38,551 nucleotides of DNA, taken from the sequence record SRR16203515_4350; one strand, 5' to 3'. Positions 1-8,274 of the stretch are shown piece by piece (the stretch's first letter is position 1; each line of letters opens with the position of its first letter). The notes below the pieces were generated by a model, which saw only the letters and a list, made by a program, of their open reading frames with translations, was not told the DNA's origin and made no database searches. Made by a program: the position numbers and the translations under genes.

Positions 1-1
1 A

Positions 2-658
2 GTGATGAAGTAACTGCTCAGCGGTAAACGCTGGGGTAAATAGCTTGTTGGCTTTTACGTTACGTTGAAAAGGTTGTGACAATGAGGTGTCTACCGTACC
101 CGGGTGATAACTCACTAACAAAGGCTGCTTTAAACGCCTGGCATATTCCACAGAGGCGGTTTTTAGCATCATGTTTAATGCGGCTTTCGATGCACGATAG
201 CCATACCACCCGCCAAGTTTATTATCTGATATGCTGCCTACCCTGGCACTGACACACACCACTGTGGCTTGCTGTTTCTCCAGCACCTTGATTAAGTGCT
301 TAAGCCATAAGCTAGGAATAATACTGTTAACGGCAAAATAGCGTTGCAACGCCTTTTCGCTGATATCTTCTAAGCGCTTTTCCGGCGCAACCTCTAAGGC
401 GTCGTCGTGTAAGACGCCGGTGGTGACAATCGCTAAATTCACGGTAGCACCATCGCGCCGCAACTGTTCGACAAGTTGTGCGATGTTTTCATCGCTATGC
501 TCAGCTAATGAGTAAGGGGTGACCGAACTCGGCCAGCCATCCATCATAGCGCCGCTGCGACTTACTGCAATAACATGGTCGCCGCGAGCAGCCAATGCTG
601 TTACTAAGGCCTCACCAATTCCACCTGTAGCCCCGATTACCAAGGTACTATTTTTCAT
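2..658 (-). CDS. SDR-family oxidoreductase (C-factor/CsgA-like), 3' end runs off the window
   Basis: Not in the ORF track; manual translation from ATG 658 gives MKNSTLVIGATGGIGEAL (Rossmann GxxGxxG) ... GGWYGYRASKAALNM (YxxxK) ... YHPGTVDT. The start overlaps the end of the upstream DCC gene. Confidence 0.9.
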   Translation of the reverse strand, partial: MKNSTLVIGATGGIGEALVTALAARGDHVIAVSRSGAMMDGWPSSVTPYSLAEHSDENIAQLVEQLRRDGATVNLAIVTTGVLHDDALEVAPEKRLEDISEKALQRYFAVNSIIPSLWLKHLIKVLEKQQATVVCVSARVGSISDNKLGGWYGYRASKAALNMMLKTASVEYARRLKQPLLVSYHPGTVDTSLSQPFQRNVKANKLFTPAFTAEQLLHH

Positions 659-1052
659 TGCTATCTCCCGGTATACAGCGATCACAGGTTCGTTTTTTTC
701 CGGTCGATAAATAAGAAATGGTGTACCTGTGCTTCGCAAACTTCACATAAACCCAGTCGGCGAAAACGCGGATAATTGGCCAGCGTAAAGGCGCATACAC
801 CCACCCCATCCCAACGGCTTTCCATGCTTGGTGGGTAACATCTAAGCCGGTTATCATGCGTCCATCTGGCAGCATGCCGTGGATACGAGCATTGAGGGCC
901 TGCCAATCTAACTGGGGATAATTGATAGCAAATTCGGCAGACTGAATATCAACCAAGGTTAGCGCATTGTGCTTATCTCGTTTTCGCAAATGACGCATTT
1001 CAGCATTGCACAGCGGGCAATAGCCGTCATAAAAAATAATCAACGTGTTCAC
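648..1052 (-). CDS. DCC1-like thiol-disulfide oxidoreductase (DUF393)
   Basis: N-terminal IIFYDGYCPLC (DxxCxxC); C-terminal Y..FAKHRY typical of the family; GTG start. Confidence 0.9.
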   Translation of the reverse strand: MNTLIIFYDGYCPLCNAEMRHLRKRDKHNALTLVDIQSAEFAINYPQLDWQALNARIHGMLPDGRMITGLDVTHQAWKAVGMGWVYAPLRWPIIRVFADWVYVKFAKHRYTISYLSTGKKRTCDRCIPGDSNEK

Positions 1053-1111
1053 CTCTGATCACCAAAGCGAATATATCTGCCCTGGTCATTTTTTTATTTG
1101 TTATACCGTTA

Positions 1112-1137
1112 TACGATAAAAAAATGCCCTTGGATGA
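1112..1137 (-). promoter_or_regulatory. Candidate ECF sigma (RpoE/ChrR-type) promoter for the DCC-SDR operon
   Basis: Minus strand reads TCATCC-N16-CGTAT, one mismatch from the recalled TGATCC...CGTA consensus, about 60 nt upstream of the DCC start. Confidence 0.5.
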
Positions 1138-1166
1138 CTTGAGATTTCTATGCCTCACACCCACAC
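1138..1166 (+). promoter_or_regulatory. Candidate sigma32-like promoter for msrA
   Basis: CTTGAGA-N14-ACCCACAC versus consensus CTTGAAA-N13/14-CCCCATNT. Confidence 0.35.
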
Positions 1167-1198
1167 TGTGGGCATTAGCAATAGAGAGGTTTCGCCTA

Positions 1199-1741
1199 AT
1201 GGCAAATTTACAAGTAGCGACACTCGGTGGCGGCTGTTTTTGGTGTATAGAATCAGCGTTTAATACCGTAGAAGGTGTCGTTCAGGCAGTATCAGGTTAT
1301 GCAGGGGGAGAAAAGCCGGACCCCACCTATGAGGAAGTGTGTCGAGAAACCACTGGGCATGCTGAAGTCGTGCAAGTTACGTTTGACGCAGATGTGATCA
1401 GTTATCGCGAAATATTAGAAATTCTTTTCGCTTTGCATGACCCTACGCAGCTAAACCGCCAGGGGCATGATGTAGGTACCCAGTATCGTAGCGTAATCTT
1501 TTATCATGATGAGGCGCAACACGCTGCTGCAAAAGCGATAATTCAAGAAATAGAGGATGAGGAGATTTGGCCTAACCCCGTGGTTACCGAAGTCGAAGCG
1601 ATTAATAACTACTATGAAGCTGAAGCTTACCATCAGGATTATTTTAAAAATAACCCTGAAAACCGCTACTGCGCCATGGTAGTCGCCCCTAAACTTGCCA
1701 AGTTTAAAAAAACCTTTGCTAGTCGCTTACGCAGCGAATAA
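1199..1741 (+). CDS. msrA: Peptide-methionine (S)-S-oxide reductase
   Basis: GGGCFWC active site, GTQYRS, AEAYHQDY, YC. Start moved to ATG 1199, which follows the SD-like AGAGAGG. Confidence 0.97.
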   Translation: MANLQVATLGGGCFWCIESAFNTVEGVVQAVSGYAGGEKPDPTYEEVCRETTGHAEVVQVTFDADVISYREILEILFALHDPTQLNRQGHDVGTQYRSVIFYHDEAQHAAAKAIIQEIEDEEIWPNPVVTEVEAINNYYEAEAYHQDYFKNNPENRYCAMVVAPKLAKFKKTFASRLRSE

Positions 1742-1745
1742 TAAC

Positions 1746-1771
1746 AAGGGTCGCGCAAGCGACCCTTTTTC
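1746..1771 (+). terminator. Intrinsic terminator between msrA and the convergent lipoprotein gene
   Basis: AAGGGTCGC-GCAA-GCGACCCTT followed by a T-tract. Confidence 0.85.
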
Positions 1772-1779
1772 ATTACAGG

Positions 1780-2898
1780 TTATTGGCTAAACCAGCTTTC
1801 CTTAAGGGGTAGTGAAAACAACAGAGGCGCATACGCTTGGTAATAAGGCCGTTCGCTCTCACACACCACATTCTTCATATAATTTTTTTTCCACGGATCA
1901 TTTACCAGCCAAAGAGTATTATCGATAACCGCTAGCCCTTCGATAGAGGCATTATCCATAATATAGCTGTCACATCCCTCGCTCGCCGTCACCGAAAACT
2001 CTAACGCGATACGTTTGGTAGTTAAGTTATTGGCCGTATCAATCACCCACAGTTCATCATCATTACGTGCGGCAGCGAGTAAAAACTCGCCTTGCGCAGT
2101 GTTATGCAGCGCTAACCCATTAATAGGATGGTTGCCTGCGCTAAATGAGGGTATTGATAAGTTAGGTTCATCGACAAGGGCAAAATCTCGAGAATCCCAA
2201 AAGGTATCATCAATAGCGAGGCTAAAGATCCGTGGCTGTCCGGCTTTGTCCTTTTCTAATGCCAGATACAAGGTGCCATCTTGCGCCATTACCATGCCTT
2301 CAATGCCATCATTAGGAAAGTTTCCCACCGCCATTTCATGGGCGAACTGTAGCGGGCGTACATGGGTAATGGTCACCGTGCCTTGGCTATCTTGTTCAAG
2401 ACGCAGTAGCAAGCTTGGGTAATCGGTCGAGCCGGTATTCTCATATTTTTTCTCACATCGAGGCGACAAGGTCCCTGTACGGGTAGCGTCCTCGGTGACC
2501 GAATAGAACACATTTGCATGACGGGGATCTACGGCAAGAGCTTCTAAATCCGGAGCATTGGTAAGATAGCCACTGAAGCAGCTACGTGACACTCGAGAGG
2601 CCAACTCAAAAACATTACTAGACCCTTGTAATTGTGCTGTCTCAGGCGCAATAAAATGTAGCTTTCGTTGTTGCGAATCAAGAGCACTGCCATCAGAGAT
2701 GGTGACCAAATTACCATTCAATGCAAACAACCCTGAGGTTTGCGGATCAGCCATCACATCACCAGAGGCGAGGCGGATCCATTGGCCGTTTGATACCAAA
2801 CTGGTGTCTTCTTCTTGCACCATGATGACCGATTGAGGTTCACTACACGCCGTTAAAAAAAGACTGAGGCATAGTGCCAAAATACTTGATTTACCCAT
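1780..2898 (-). CDS. Lipoprotein, probable beta-propeller (phytase-like/SdiA-regulated-like), function unknown
   Basis: Lipobox FLTA-C; recurring blade-like motifs TSGL, LEALAV, IEGMV, INGLAL, IEGLAV; several Cys. Confidence 0.65.
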   Translation of the reverse strand: MGKSSILALCLSLFLTACSEPQSVIMVQEEDTSLVSNGQWIRLASGDVMADPQTSGLFALNGNLVTISDGSALDSQQRKLHFIAPETAQLQGSSNVFELASRVSRSCFSGYLTNAPDLEALAVDPRHANVFYSVTEDATRTGTLSPRCEKKYENTGSTDYPSLLLRLEQDSQGTVTITHVRPLQFAHEMAVGNFPNDGIEGMVMAQDGTLYLALEKDKAGQPRIFSLAIDDTFWDSRDFALVDEPNLSIPSFSAGNHPINGLALHNTAQGEFLLAAARNDDELWVIDTANNLTTKRIALEFSVTASEGCDSYIMDNASIEGLAVIDNTLWLVNDPWKKNYMKNVVCESERPYYQAYAPLLFSLPLKESWFSQ

Positions 2899-2995
2899 CA
2901 GATAAGCTTCCTATAAAAAATTGTAACTGAGTATATCCGGCATACCGTTTAATGCCAAAAAAGAGTAAGGTGGCTAAAACGGTGTAAACGCATAT

Positions 2996-4885
2996 TTGGG
3001 GGCGCTTATTACTTCAACCACCCTTCCTGCTGTTATTGCAGGGCCTATTGTAAGACGAGTAACGGCACAGCAATGCCATGTCTGGCTGGTGACCTCTTCT
3101 AAGGACGAAATTAGCCTTGCATTAGCGCAAGACGCTAAGTCAGTGCCTGGTGATAGTAGCAGCGAGAGCGTACAAGTAGGTACACATTGCTTTATTTCAT
3201 TGATAACCTTTACCTGTCATGGCACCTTTACGCCGCATCAGCCCATTGAATACACCTTGAAGTTTGCCAATAGCCAGCACCAACAGCAGTGGGATAAAGC
3301 GCTAACGGAACTTTTGTATGACAAGCAATCACAATTAAGTTTCATTTGGACAAACACCCCTAGCACCATTTTACACGGCTCGTGCCGCAAACCTCATTTC
3401 GATGGCGACGATGCCCTCGCGCAGGTTGATAACCTCATCGCTAAGGGCGTGCACAACCACGACCGCCCAGAACTTCTGTTGATGACAGGAGATCAGGTAT
3501 ATGTAGACGATGTTGCTGGGCCTATGCTACAAGCGATTCAGCAAACTATCGGTCTGCTTGGTTTACAGCAAGAAGCATTATCAGGGGCGGCGGTTTCCCA
3601 CTCTCGCGAATTGGCCAATCATCCCCATTGTTATTATCAGCGCCAGCAGTTGCTTCCTCAAATAGCCACAAACACAGCCTTATCTAAGCTATTTTTCGGC
3701 GCTAAAAAGAAGCCTGTCTTTACCTCGGTCAATGCGCAAAACCACCTTATCAGTGGCGCAGAAGTACTCGCCATGTACTTATTGGTGTGGTCACCCAATT
3801 TATGGCCCTTTATTCAATTGTCATCACAGCAAATCTCTGCCGAGCACCAAGCCACTTTCGAGCAAGAAAGTAAAGTGATCAAGGGCTTTGTATCATCCCT
3901 TGATAAGGTGCGACGTGCCTTAGCCCATATCCCCGTATATATGATTTTTGATGATCACGATGTGACCGATGATTGGAACCTGACCCGGGGATGGGAAGAA
4001 GAAGTGTATAGCCACCCTCTGTCTAAACGCATGATTGGCAATGCCCTCATGGGTTACCTGTTGTGCCAAGGCTGGGGCAATGCACCTGATAAGTGCGCGG
4101 GTTTAATTAACCAAGCTCGGCAATGGTTTTCTCACCCCCAAGCCACGGAGCAGGATGCGCTTATTGAAGATCTATTGGCGTTTGAACAATGGGATTACCG
4201 CCTAGATACCTCCCCTCCTATCGAAGTACTTGATACTCGTACCCGTCGGTGGCGCTCGGAATCGAGTATGAACAAACCATCCGGTTTAATGGACTGGGAG
4301 GCGTTATGTGAATTTCAGCACAATATTATTGGTAAAGATGCTGTTATCGTGGTGTCCGCCGCCCCGATTTACGGAGTCAAATTTATAGAGGCCATCCAAA
4401 AGGTTTTCACCTTTTTTGGTAAAGCCCTTACAGTAGATGCCGAAAACTGGATGGCCCATAAAGGGACGGCTAATGTCATACTGAATATCTTTCGCCATTA
4501 CAAAACGCCACCAGAATTTATTATCTTGTCCGGCGATGTGCACTATTCCTTTGTGTACGATGTGCGCTTGCGTTTTCGCCGCAATAGCCCGCACATCACA
4601 CAATTTACCTGCAGCGGGCTTAAGAATGCCTTTCCAGATGGGCTTATTCGTTGGCTTGATAGATTAAACCGCGCGTTTTACGGCCCTTCCTCTGTGTTAA
4701 ATGTGTTTACCCGACGAAGAAATATGTCGGTAACAGCGCGCGAACCCTCTGCCGGCTATGGCGAACTGTACAATGGCTGTGTCATAGGTGTATTAAAACT
4801 AACTAAAAATAGCCGCCATGTTTCCTGCAAAGCTTTGTTGAGCAGTGGTAAAGAGGTAGAATTCCCGCCCATTAAAGACGATTAG
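2996..4885 (+). CDS. PhoD-like metallophosphatase with no evident export signal
   Basis: HGSCR, TGDQVYVDD, FDDHDV, LDTR and SGDVH motifs; TTG start, exact position uncertain. Confidence 0.85.
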   Translation: MGALITSTTLPAVIAGPIVRRVTAQQCHVWLVTSSKDEISLALAQDAKSVPGDSSSESVQVGTHCFISLITFTCHGTFTPHQPIEYTLKFANSQHQQQWDKALTELLYDKQSQLSFIWTNTPSTILHGSCRKPHFDGDDALAQVDNLIAKGVHNHDRPELLLMTGDQVYVDDVAGPMLQAIQQTIGLLGLQQEALSGAAVSHSRELANHPHCYYQRQQLLPQIATNTALSKLFFGAKKKPVFTSVNAQNHLISGAEVLAMYLLVWSPNLWPFIQLSSQQISAEHQATFEQESKVIKGFVSSLDKVRRALAHIPVYMIFDDHDVTDDWNLTRGWEEEVYSHPLSKRMIGNALMGYLLCQGWGNAPDKCAGLINQARQWFSHPQATEQDALIEDLLAFEQWDYRLDTSPPIEVLDTRTRRWRSESSMNKPSGLMDWEALCEFQHNIIGKDAVIVVSAAPIYGVKFIEAIQKVFTFFGKALTVDAENWMAHKGTANVILNIFRHYKTPPEFIILSGDVHYSFVYDVRLRFRRNSPHITQFTCSGLKNAFPDGLIRWLDRLNRAFYGPSSVLNVFTRRRNMSVTAREPSAGYGELYNGCVIGVLKLTKNSRHVSCKALLSSGKEVEFPPIKDD

Positions 4886-4906
4886 TGATCGATACAGAGG
4901 TACGTC

Positions 4907-5446
4907 ATGAGTGACAACGGGTTATCTATTGGCATTTTTTATGGTTCCACCACCTGCTATACCGAAATGGCGGCAGAAAAAATTCAGGCACAGCTGAATA
5001 GTTTATTCGATGCCAATATTGTTGATATGCACAATATTAAAGACGTCAATCTGACCAAAACCAAGAACTACGACATTATTCTTTTCGGCATTTCCACCTG
5101 GGATTTCGGCGAGTTACAAGAAGACTGGGAGTCACATTGGGAAGAGGTGTATCAGCTCGATTTAAGCGGCAAAACCATTGCGCTATTCGGGCTAGGTGAT
5201 CAACTTGGCTATGGCGAATGGTTTCAGGATGCTTTAGGTATGTTGCACGATGCGATCCGCCCGATGGATTGCCACATCATCGGTTACTGGCCTAATCAGG
5301 GTTATGACTTCACTGCCTCGAAAGCCCTTACCGAAGGTGGTAGTCAGTTTGTTGGCTTGTCGTTAGATGACGAAAATCAGTACGATCTGTCTGAACAACG
5401 GATCGCCGATTGGTGTGAGCAACTTATTGTCGAACTTGCCCAGTAG
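4907..5446 (+). CDS. fldB: Long-chain flavodoxin (flavodoxin 2)
   Basis: IGIFYGSTTCYTEMAAEKI and TWDFGELQEDW are FldB signatures; SD GAGG upstream. Confidence 0.93.
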   Translation: MSDNGLSIGIFYGSTTCYTEMAAEKIQAQLNSLFDANIVDMHNIKDVNLTKTKNYDIILFGISTWDFGELQEDWESHWEEVYQLDLSGKTIALFGLGDQLGYGEWFQDALGMLHDAIRPMDCHIIGYWPNQGYDFTASKALTEGGSQFVGLSLDDENQYDLSEQRIADWCEQLIVELAQ

Positions 5447-6231
5447 TGTTGAGTCAGGGCAGGCTACATCAGCCGTTTTACCGCAATGGGCCGAGTCATA
5501 GAGACGGCGCAGATGTCAGCTTTCAAGACATTCGAAAGCTGTTTAACTTTTCCACCATCACAGTAGGGCGCTGGGTGACCCGTGAAGAACAACAGATCGC
5601 AGCAAATCTGTTTTTCGATGCGCTATATGATTTAGCCACCATCCTTAACGTCAACGAGCAGGTGATCTCGTTAAATGGTTCCCTGTCTTTGGCTTTCGGC
5701 AGTGGTGGTCAAAAGCACAGCAGCGCCCATTATCACAGCGCAAAGCGGCAACTTGCGTTAGCGAAAAATGCGGGAGCCGGTGCACTTGCTCACGAATGGT
5801 TTCATGCCTTTGATCATTATATTGCACCTCGTATGTTTAACGGCATAGGATCTGGCAGCTTTGCTTCACAGGCTTGGCTAGATAACGAATTACTTAATGA
5901 TCACCCGTTAAATAAGAGGTTAAGTAACTGTTTTTCATTGATATTTTTAGATCGCAACAGGCCAAATGATTACTTTGTGCGATCGGTAGAGGCTGATCGC
6001 GCGTTAAAAATGTATTATTATGCGATGCCTCAGGAGATGGCTGCTCGGGCTTTTGAGGCTTGTATCCAAGATCACGAGATAAAAAACGCGTTTTTGGTGC
6101 AAGGGACAAAAAAATCAACAGAAGCTAGACTTGGCATTTATCCTCATGGTAATTTGCGTATTGCGCTGAATAAAGCGTTAATGTTGTACTTTTACCAATT
6201 AGGCGTCGCCATTTCACATAAACAAACCTAG
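5446..6231 (+). CDS. LPD1-like/HExxH protein (CLCA_X-type), function unknown
   Basis: GSLSLAFGSGG...AHY...LAKNAGAGALAHEWFHAFD, then EMAARAFE and IYPHG.LR. GTG start overlaps the fldB stop (TAGTG). Confidence 0.75.
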   Translation: MLSQGRLHQPFYRNGPSHRDGADVSFQDIRKLFNFSTITVGRWVTREEQQIAANLFFDALYDLATILNVNEQVISLNGSLSLAFGSGGQKHSSAHYHSAKRQLALAKNAGAGALAHEWFHAFDHYIAPRMFNGIGSGSFASQAWLDNELLNDHPLNKRLSNCFSLIFLDRNRPNDYFVRSVEADRALKMYYYAMPQEMAARAFEACIQDHEIKNAFLVQGTKKSTEARLGIYPHGNLRIALNKALMLYFYQLGVAISHKQT

Positions 6232-6374
6232 TTTGTTGTTTTTTTACCGTGAAAGTTGAGCAATTTTTCAGCAACAAGTGTTAATGAGTACACTGTTTTT
6301 GTACAAAACCCTGTTTATTTTTGTAACAAGCAGTATACTAAAGCGCTCGAACGTAATAGAAGAAAGAAGACGAG

Positions 6375-6782
6375 ATGAAAAGAAAAAAGCATACCTCGGC
6401 TGAAGACGAGGCTCAGATTGATATGACCCCCATGTTGGACATCGTGTTCATCATGTTGATTTTCTTCATCGTAACGACCTCGTTCGTAAAAGAAAAAGGT
6501 TTGGACGCAAACCGTCCTGAAGACAATCAAGCTAAGAACGACAAGCCTTCTAAAGCGCTTTCTATCCGTATTGAGGCAGATGGCACCATTATGATGGGTG
6601 GTCGTGAAGTGGATATTCGTCGTGTTGTTGCAAATACGCAAACGTATCTTGCAGAAAACAATACAGACACAGCTGCAATCCAAGCTGATCAAGATACCGA
6701 GCACGGTACTGTGGTTGAAGTAATGAACCAAGTAAAAGTAGCGGGTATCGAAAAAGTATCTGTACTGGTTAAAAAGTCCTAA
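6375..6782 (+). CDS. exbD: ExbD/TolR family protein (orphan)
   Basis: IDMTPMLDIVFIMLIFFIVTTSF transmembrane segment with the conserved Asp; IQAD...HG.VV.VM periplasmic motif. Confidence 0.93.
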   Translation: MKRKKHTSAEDEAQIDMTPMLDIVFIMLIFFIVTTSFVKEKGLDANRPEDNQAKNDKPSKALSIRIEADGTIMMGGREVDIRRVVANTQTYLAENNTDTAAIQADQDTEHGTVVEVMNQVKVAGIEKVSVLVKKS

Positions 6783-6799
6783 AAGGGCTTGATAACTAT

Positions 6800-6827
6800 A
6801 AAAAAGCCGCCCTAGGGCGGCTTTTTT
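6800..6827 (+). terminator. Intrinsic terminator after exbD
   Basis: AAAAAAGCCGCCC-TA-GGGCGGCTTTTTT perfect dyad. Confidence 0.9.
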
Positions 6828-6954
6828 CGTATCGGATCTTATACCAAAGTATCTCTTGTTGTATCGCATAAATTCTGTTCAGATCGTAGTATCAGGCGCA
6901 TCTGGATAGCCATGTTGAAACGGTTCCAGACCCTGATGATACTGGAGCCAATTT

Positions 6955-8274
6955 ATGAAGATAGTTTGCAGTACGCTTGCCATTGTGATGGCATCGATGA
7001 GCTTGTCCCCTTCCGTTGAGGCCGGCCAAATTGCCTTAAGCGACGCCTTCGATTACAACGCCTTTATTATCGGCGATTACACGGGCTACAAATCAGATGT
7101 AGAAGGTACACTTGCCGTCGGCGGTAACCTAACCGTGTCAGACTTCGATATTGGCTTACAGCTTAGTCCTAATTTAACCACCAGTAGCCTCTATGTGGGC
7201 GGTAATACCAACTACGTAAACGGTACCATTCATCATGGGCAAACCACTGTTAACGGCAATCTCGAGGCCACAGGCGTCACCTTTGAAGGTGATATTAATG
7301 CAGTTGGCAATGTCAGCCTAAGTGAGTCGAAAGTCACTGCTGGGGATATCAATAGCCAAGGCTCACTGGTATTACAAAACGCTGAAGTGGTTAACGGCAA
7401 TGTCAGTGCAAATAACCTAGTTCAAAATGACAGCAGTGTTAACAGTGGCAATGTCAGCGCAGTCAATAATGCGACCCTTACCAATTCAGAAATCACCAGC
7501 GGGACACTATCAGCAACCATAGTATCGCTAGACGGGGATTCCACCGCAAATAGTGCGGTTACCACAGCCATAACGCCTCCCATAGATGTGCAGACCATCG
7601 ACTTCGATAAGCTAGCAAACGAAGTCATAGCGCAATCGCTCACCTTTGCCGACATGGCGGTTAACGGTGCTACCCAAGTTTATTGTGGCGGCGAAACCAA
7701 CTGTGATGCCAGTAATATAGATGGAATTGTGTTTTCGGGTAGCGAAAGTATCAATGTTTATGCAATCGATGCTGCATCACTTTCTGCGGCGAATAAAAGC
7801 ATTACTTACGACTTTTCTACCACCAGTTACAACATCATCAATGTATTCGGCGATAGCGTAGAGCTCTTTAACACAGGCTTTTATAACACTGCGTTCGCCG
7901 GTCAGTATGTAGATAATAATCCAGCCATAGACTATCGTCATGATGGCACTTACACTAATAATATATTGTTTAATTTCTTAGATGCTACCGATGTAAGCCT
8001 GCACTCTGTAGGTGTTAAGGGCAGTGTTTTGGCACCCTTTGCTAATGTAAGCTTTTATAATGGCCAAATTGATGGCAACTTAATCGCGGCATCCTTAAGT
8101 ACGCCAGAAATATTGCTGACCAACGATACTGGCGACACCTACCTAGCGCCAACTGGTCAGGTGAATAACTACCGCTTTGCTGCTATACAAGTTTCTGAGC
8201 CAACCAGCGGCTTTATGTTGCTACTTGCGTCATTATTGATGTTGAAACGTAGAGGGTTAAAGGGCAAACCCTGA
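6955..8274 (+). CDS. Secreted choice-of-anchor A domain protein with PEP-CTERM-like sorting tail
   Basis: Signal peptide ending VEA; YNAFI.GD...SDVEG.LAVGGN; NILFNF.DA; GSVLAP.A; G.IDG.LIA; C-terminal VSEP plus a hydrophobic helix plus KRR. Confidence 0.85.
   Translation: MKIVCSTLAIVMASMSLSPSVEAGQIALSDAFDYNAFIIGDYTGYKSDVEGTLAVGGNLTVSDFDIGLQLSPNLTTSSLYVGGNTNYVNGTIHHGQTTVNGNLEATGVTFEGDINAVGNVSLSESKVTAGDINSQGSLVLQNAEVVNGNVSANNLVQNDSSVNSGNVSAVNNATLTNSEITSGTLSATIVSLDGDSTANSAVTTAITPPIDVQTIDFDKLANEVIAQSLTFADMAVNGATQVYCGGETNCDASNIDGIVFSGSESINVYAIDAASLSAANKSITYDFSTTSYNIINVFGDSVELFNTGFYNTAFAGQYVDNNPAIDYRHDGTYTNNILFNFLDATDVSLHSVGVKGSVLAPFANVSFYNGQIDGNLIAASLSTPEILLTNDTGDTYLAPTGQVNNYRFAAIQVSEPTSGFMLLLASLLMLKRRGLKGKP

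Noticed and set aside
1124-1198. N-terminal extension of msrA given in the ORF track
   Set aside because: A good SD precedes ATG 1199, and the extension covers putative promoter sequence.
2899-2995. Pho box upstream of the PhoD-like gene
   Set aside because: No tandem CTGTCAT-like repeats at 11-bp spacing are visible.
6315-6869. 184-aa antisense ORF over exbD
   Set aside because: Shadow of a codon-biased gene; it crosses the terminator and has no recognisable motif.
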